From assembly GCF_009914755.1 (NCBI RefSeq), contig NC_060948.1: a stretch of DNA of 64,000 nt. One strand, given 5' to 3'. The position numbers were made by a program, and so were the translations under genes. The DNA comes from the human T2T-CHM13v2.0 reference genome, Homo sapiens. The notes below the pieces were generated by a model. It was not told where the DNA came from and ran no database searches. It worked only from the letters and a program-made list of their open reading frames with translations. This document shows positions 59,230 through 64,000 of the stretch, piece after piece (the first letter of the stretch is position 1; each line of letters opens with the position of its first letter).

Positions 59230-61500
59230 CTGGCCTCCTCTTTGTTCCCTCTCTAATGCTGTCCCTCACTCCCTGGGGTAGAACTCCAATGGATTGAGCC
59301 ATAGGCCCTGGCTAATGATCTGGGGAACTGCAGAAGGGGTCCACAACAGGTCAGGTCACAGTTCAAAGCCCATTCCCAAGAGGCCAAGGAATGAGCAGCA
59401 AGGTCCTTTCCCATGATGCCCCACCACGGACCCCACCTCAGCAATCCTGCCAAAACCCAGGCAGTCATATTCAGCCAAACAGCTGAACAAGCTCAGGTAG
59501 GCAATGTTCTGCCTACAGCTGGAGGCTTGACCTTCATGATCCCACTGGACTGCAGTGGAATGAGACACCCTGTACCCTGCAGGGAGAGGAGTCAGGGAGG
59601 TTCATGACAGGCTTACCCTCTCACACACCAGCTCCCTTACCATGCTGAGAGGCACTTCTTACCCAGGATGCCAAAGAAGTATTCCTTAATGATAACTTCA
59701 TTGTGGAAGTAAAGGTTGTGATGAAAGGAAATTTCATCCAGCCGCCGGTAACCAGGATGACTGAGTTCCTCCACCTGTCTGATCAAGAAGAAGAAAGAGG
59801 ATGGACTCAACGGGACCATTTCATCTAGCTGGGCTGAAGTGGGCTGCCATCTGGAGTAAAGGATGAGTTTCCCCTTTCCAGCTCTGCCACTGAGACAGCC
59901 CCAGGCCCCAGGGGAACCTCAAACTGACTCAGAAACTGGACCACTCCCACAGACCCAGGCTCCCCACCCTGACCTGCAAATCCATCATGTAGCAAAGCAG
60001 GACTTCATCATGGTTTCTGACCTAGGCCGACATCTGGGCTTGCCAAGCAATCTACCTCTGGTCAAGGAGCCTCCAGATGATTGGTTGGGCAAGCGTGGTG
60101 ACACCCTGCAATTTTGCAAGATCACAGAGAATGTGGAGCAGGGCTATCTTCCAGACATTTGGCCTGTCACCCTCTCTTGTTGATCCCCTGTCTTTGGCAA
60201 GAAGGCAACACCACGACTGTGGTGGTTTTTGGTTGGGTGGAGCCAGGCCAAGCTGGCCTGCACTGACCAGGGACAGGAAGCAGAATGAGTGGGCAGGTGG
60301 TTTTGGCTGAGGGAGGGATGGGGGAAGGCAGGGTGGTATGAGGTGTCTGCTTCCTCAGGGTTCATGAGCTGCAGGAGGCCCTTGTGTGCTGGGTTCTGGA
60401 CATGCTCTGCTGATATCTGGGTGTGTGGTGTCCTCTTATCCTGGACTCCCTGAGGGTGTGCCTGTCCACTTGAGGGAAGCCTTGTAGGTAGAAGGAGCTT
60501 GCAGGATTTTGCCTGGTGCTCCCCATGGGAATTGTGTGGGTGCAAAGGAGTTTATATATGCTCGGGGCCTACACCTCTTTTGGTGCAGCGCCCGCAGGGG
60601 AAAGAAAGCGTTATCTGGGGAGCTGGTACCTGCCTTGAGGAGGTCAGCAGCCCCATGCACCACAAACTCGAGTCTTTAGCACCTTGTGTTTCTGGGGTGA
60701 GCCTGGTGGAAACAGGCACTAAAAGCGGGGGTGGTTCATTAGCTGGCCCGAGCTTGCAGACTCCCCTTCCTCCAGGGCATTTCCCAGGGAAACGTGCCCC
60801 TTAACTTTGTGCTGTGAGTGAAGGACCCTTGGCGCCGAGATTCCTCCTTGTGAGTACTGTGCTTGGCTTCCCTTCCCTACCACGTGCTCCCGGGGCTCCC
60901 ACAAGCAAGCTAGCCTCCTATCTGCAGGAACCTGGCCTCCGCTCCCAACCTGTGCCCCATCCCCTGCCTCCTGGCTCACCCCATACGCCTCCCTCCTGGC
61001 TCCTCCCCCAACCCAGCCCCCATGCCCCCCACCCCGAAGCCTGATGCCCATCCCCTGCTGCCAGCAATACCGAATGGACAGCTGCAAGGATATGGCTCTG
61101 TCCCAGAAGCCGGAGACGCCCTGTGGCCTGGCCCATTCACAGCCCAGCTGCAAGTGAAGGACCTCCAGAGAGTCCATTCACGGCCCGGTTCTGCTGGGTC
61201 CAGGGCCAGGCTGTGCCCGCTGGTCCTCCTTCTGCCACTACACATTGGTCTCCTCCTTAACCACCACCTCCTTCTCAGCCATTATGTCTTCCACCATCAG
61301 CACCGCCTCCTCTTTCAAGGCCGCCTCCTTGCTCTGTACCCGGGCCGTCCTCTCCAGCAGAGCCTCCCGCCTGAACACTGTGCCCTCCTGGGTACTCCCG
61401 CAGACCCCGGTCTGTGCAGCCCAGCCCATCCCCGGCACCACTAGGCTCTGGGGCCGCTCCCCAGGAGGCCCGCTCCCCGGAAGGCCCACAGACCTCGCCC
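59230..61500 (-). pseudogene. Divergent TSPY-family (SET/NAP) pseudogene, possibly FAM197Y-type
   Basis: Exon 1 ~61500-61094 ([17 protein letters not shown]...V*, ...VSGFWDRA; donor GT>AT), exon 2 60051-59974 (78 bp, IAWQAQMSA*VRNHDEVLLCYMMDLQ), exon 3 59774-59663 (112 bp, VEELSHPG...NLYFHNEVIIKEY), exon 4 59576-59437 (YRVSHSTAVQW...RIAE), exon 5 59319-59230 (IISQGLWLNPLEFY). Confidence 0.85.
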
Positions 61501-62900
61501 TGCTGAGAACCTAGTCCCACAGGTACGTAGACGCAGGTTTCCTGAAAAGCCCGGCTGGGCCCGCAGATCGCCGCACTTGACCTGGGGCTCAGGTCCCCAG
61601 CAGGGTCAACTGCGCACAGGAGCTCAGGAGCCACAGCCCAAGGCCTTGGGCTTGCAGAGCCCCACCAGCAGGCACCGCAGCCGCTGCTGCACGTGCGGGA
61701 GCCTCTAGGTCTGCAAGGCAGCGCACAATTGTGTGCACGCAGGATATCGACGGCCAACCTGGCGGCTGGTCTCCGGTGTGCCTAGGGCATAGGACGAGAG
61801 GCACTTTGGAATGCTCCCCGGAGTACAGCATCCTCACGGAGGAAGCATGGTACGCGGAGCCTGTATTTGCCTCGACCTGCGAGAGCGCTTGCCGGGGTTC
61901 TGGCCTCTAGAGGCGACGACTTCCACCCAAGCATAACCCGGCTACTTTCCTCCCTAGCGTCGGCCCCGACCCACTTTCCCCAGGCCACCCCCACTGCCCT
62001 CGCCCCAGCAGCCAGAGAGAGTTCTCCTCTGGATCTGCAATATTCCGTATCATCTACCTGGCTTGCCTAATGAAATGAGATGTTTCATGTGCTCCTTGTG
62101 GGTCAATGATTTGCCACATTCAGGATGTCAGTTAGGGCACAGGTCTCCCATGCCCGCAATTCCAAAGGCCACGCAGCCCACGTGTGCCTGGACGCAGCGC
62201 TACCTGGCACAAGCTCCAAGGGCTTTTCAGAGGAGGGTTACCCCAGGAGGCTGGGACTGCAGGCCAACCTGGGTTGGTGCCGCCCAGGGAGACGCCCACC
62301 GCCCTCCGACTGATTGACCGCGGGGGGAGGCGGGTGGTGTTGGCGCGGCTCCTGGCGCCGTTTGCCTGAAGTCTGTTGGGGGAGCCTGGAGCCCAGTGCA
62401 TGCGCCCTGAGGGCCCTCCGACCCACAGGCTCCAGTAAGGGCAGCGGCAGGGTTCCTGTGGTGTGGGTCAGGCAGCACAGGCGGTGGTCTGTGGGAGTCC
62501 GGAGAAGGGCACTGTCTTCAGGATGGAGGCTGTACAGGAGGGGGCTCCCGGTGCGCAGAGCGGGGAGGCAGCCTTGGAGGAGGAGTTGTGCTGCTGTTAG
62601 ACAACATAATGGCGGAGACGAAGGTGGTGGCCCAGGAGGAGGCCGACGTGGAGCTGCAGGAGGAGGACCAACGGGCACAGCCTGGCCCTGGGCCCATGAC
62701 CCCAGAGTCTGCACTGGTGGAGCTGCTGGTCGTTCAGGTGGGGCTGGAGCTGGTTAATGCCCGAGCCAGGAATACCTTTTCTCAGGAGAGGAGAAAGATG
62801 GAGCAGAGGCGCAAGCCCCAGCTGGACCGCAGAGGCGCCATCATCCAGAGCATCCCTGGCTTCTGGGCCAGTGTTGCATCATTTTCAGTGTTTCTTCTGC
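60900..62900. promoter_or_regulatory. GC/CpG-rich island spanning the two divergent TSPY-like first exons
   Basis: Visibly GC-rich with many CpGs compared with the AT-rich flanks; lies between oppositely oriented exon 1 copies. Confidence 0.6.
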
Positions 62901-63518
62901 CTATCTAGTTGAGAGGTGCTCTTGGGGAAGTGTAAGTAACTGATGGGCAGCTCGGCGTCGATGTGACCATTTGGGGAAGAAACGTGGGTTGCCACGGACA
63001 CATGTGGCTGTAAAAAGCCGGAGCAGAGGCGGGTACTATCTTCCTGCATGCAGCGGAGAAACCCTTCGTGATGCTGAGCATCAGACGTTTGGGGCATCTT
63101 TTTGAAGAGCAGAAGCGAGTTCTCACCAGAACAGGTTTTTCTGTGAATCAAGATATTGTTAAGGGTGTGTGATTGCTCCCCCTTACTAGTCTGATCTGAG
63201 ACTGGGAGTCTTTGGGTATAAGCAGATTCTGCCACTCCTTAGACACCAGGAACTCTCTGCAAATTTCCCCTCCCAATATCAGTGCAGTCAGCCTCAGAAT
63301 TACATACTCTCCGTGAACCCAAGAGTCCTTAATTCAGGGGGAGGGAGAGGGGAAAGGGAGGTCATACATGGAAGCAGATCTGATAAATTCCATACCCCTG
63401 CCTTTGGGTGCTCTTAGGCCTTCTTCCCTGTTGTTTCTAGCTTTTCCTTCCATGGCATCTAAAGCCTCTTTGACCTAAATCAAGATTGCGAACCACCCCC
63501 AGATGTCAGCCTTGATTA
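62400..63518 (+). pseudogene. TSPY: TSPY pseudogene, 3'-truncated inside exon 2
   Basis: ATG at 62400, [12 protein letters not shown] (TAA 62436), frameshift ~62585, then LLLDNIMAE...[12 protein letters not shown]...[16 protein letters not shown] to 62875 (donor GT>GC); 609-bp intron; exon 2 IANHPQMSALI from 63485, with homology stopping at ~63518. Confidence 0.95.
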
Positions 63519-63878
63519 TGGGTTTATATGCCCACAGATACATCAATCACATCTCCTGGCACTGCTCTGTAATAGAGAGGCCTGGCCTCTGTGAGTCATG
63601 GTTCCTAGGCTCCCATAAAAATTACTTCCTGTTTCAATTCAGTTGAGGGGTGACAGTGAAGAGACTAGAGAACAAGAAGACTAGAGAAGCCAGTGTGTGT
63701 CCCTCTCCTTCTCAGCAGGGGATATGTTTCTGCAGTGATTCCATGGCCTGCAGGACATGCTCTCTGTTTTCATTTTCTATTTAGTGACCCTAATCCTAGA
63801 ATATTCTAATGCTATTTCCTCCAATTGTCTTCTCTAAAGAATTTGGGTATCATTTTTGGAGACTTAAATAAAAACTAT

Positions 63879-64000
63879 TGATATGGAAGGGGGTAGAGAA
63901 GTGCTGGGTAGGGGAGGGCATGGTCCTTGGTTAGGGCTCCACCCTCAGACCTGTGTTCACTCACATAGGTGAGGACAAACACTTCTGTTTTCTTGTCCAA
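63879..64000 (+). mobile_element. Start of an ERV1-class LTR (LTR27/LTR28/MER52-like), cut by the window edge
   Basis: tgatatggaagggggtagagaagtgctgggtagggg...agggctccaccctc...aggtgaggaca. Confidence 0.6.

Noticed and set aside
60144-62757. Many overlapping ORFs on both strands
   Set aside because: Expected in GC-rich DNA; only the TSPY-homologous frames are meaningful and those contain stops and frameshifts.

Overview
This window is mammalian, not microbial, DNA and almost certainly comes from an ampliconic region of a hominoid (human or ape) Y chromosome. From left to right it holds: the end of a ~2.47-kb tandem array (NORF/TTTY-type); Alu/MaLR-rich DNA; a two-LTR ERV9 (LTR12) provirus sitting in one copy of an Alu-bounded local duplication; and a 5'-truncated minus-strand RBMY pseudogene with two SRGY exons and one intron bloated by two L1s that form a ~2.9-kb inverted repeat. 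Next come an older L1 flanked by a ~600-bp direct repeat and a ~13-kb decayed plus-strand gene with a giant exon of 11-aa Trp-periodic repeats followed by two tandem trypsin-like domains (most likely a PRSSLY pseudogene). The window ends with a head-to-head pair of TSPY-family pseudogenes. No intact protein-coding gene is evident. All family names and consensus comparisons are from memory, not database searches; repeat boundaries are approximate unless stated otherwise.
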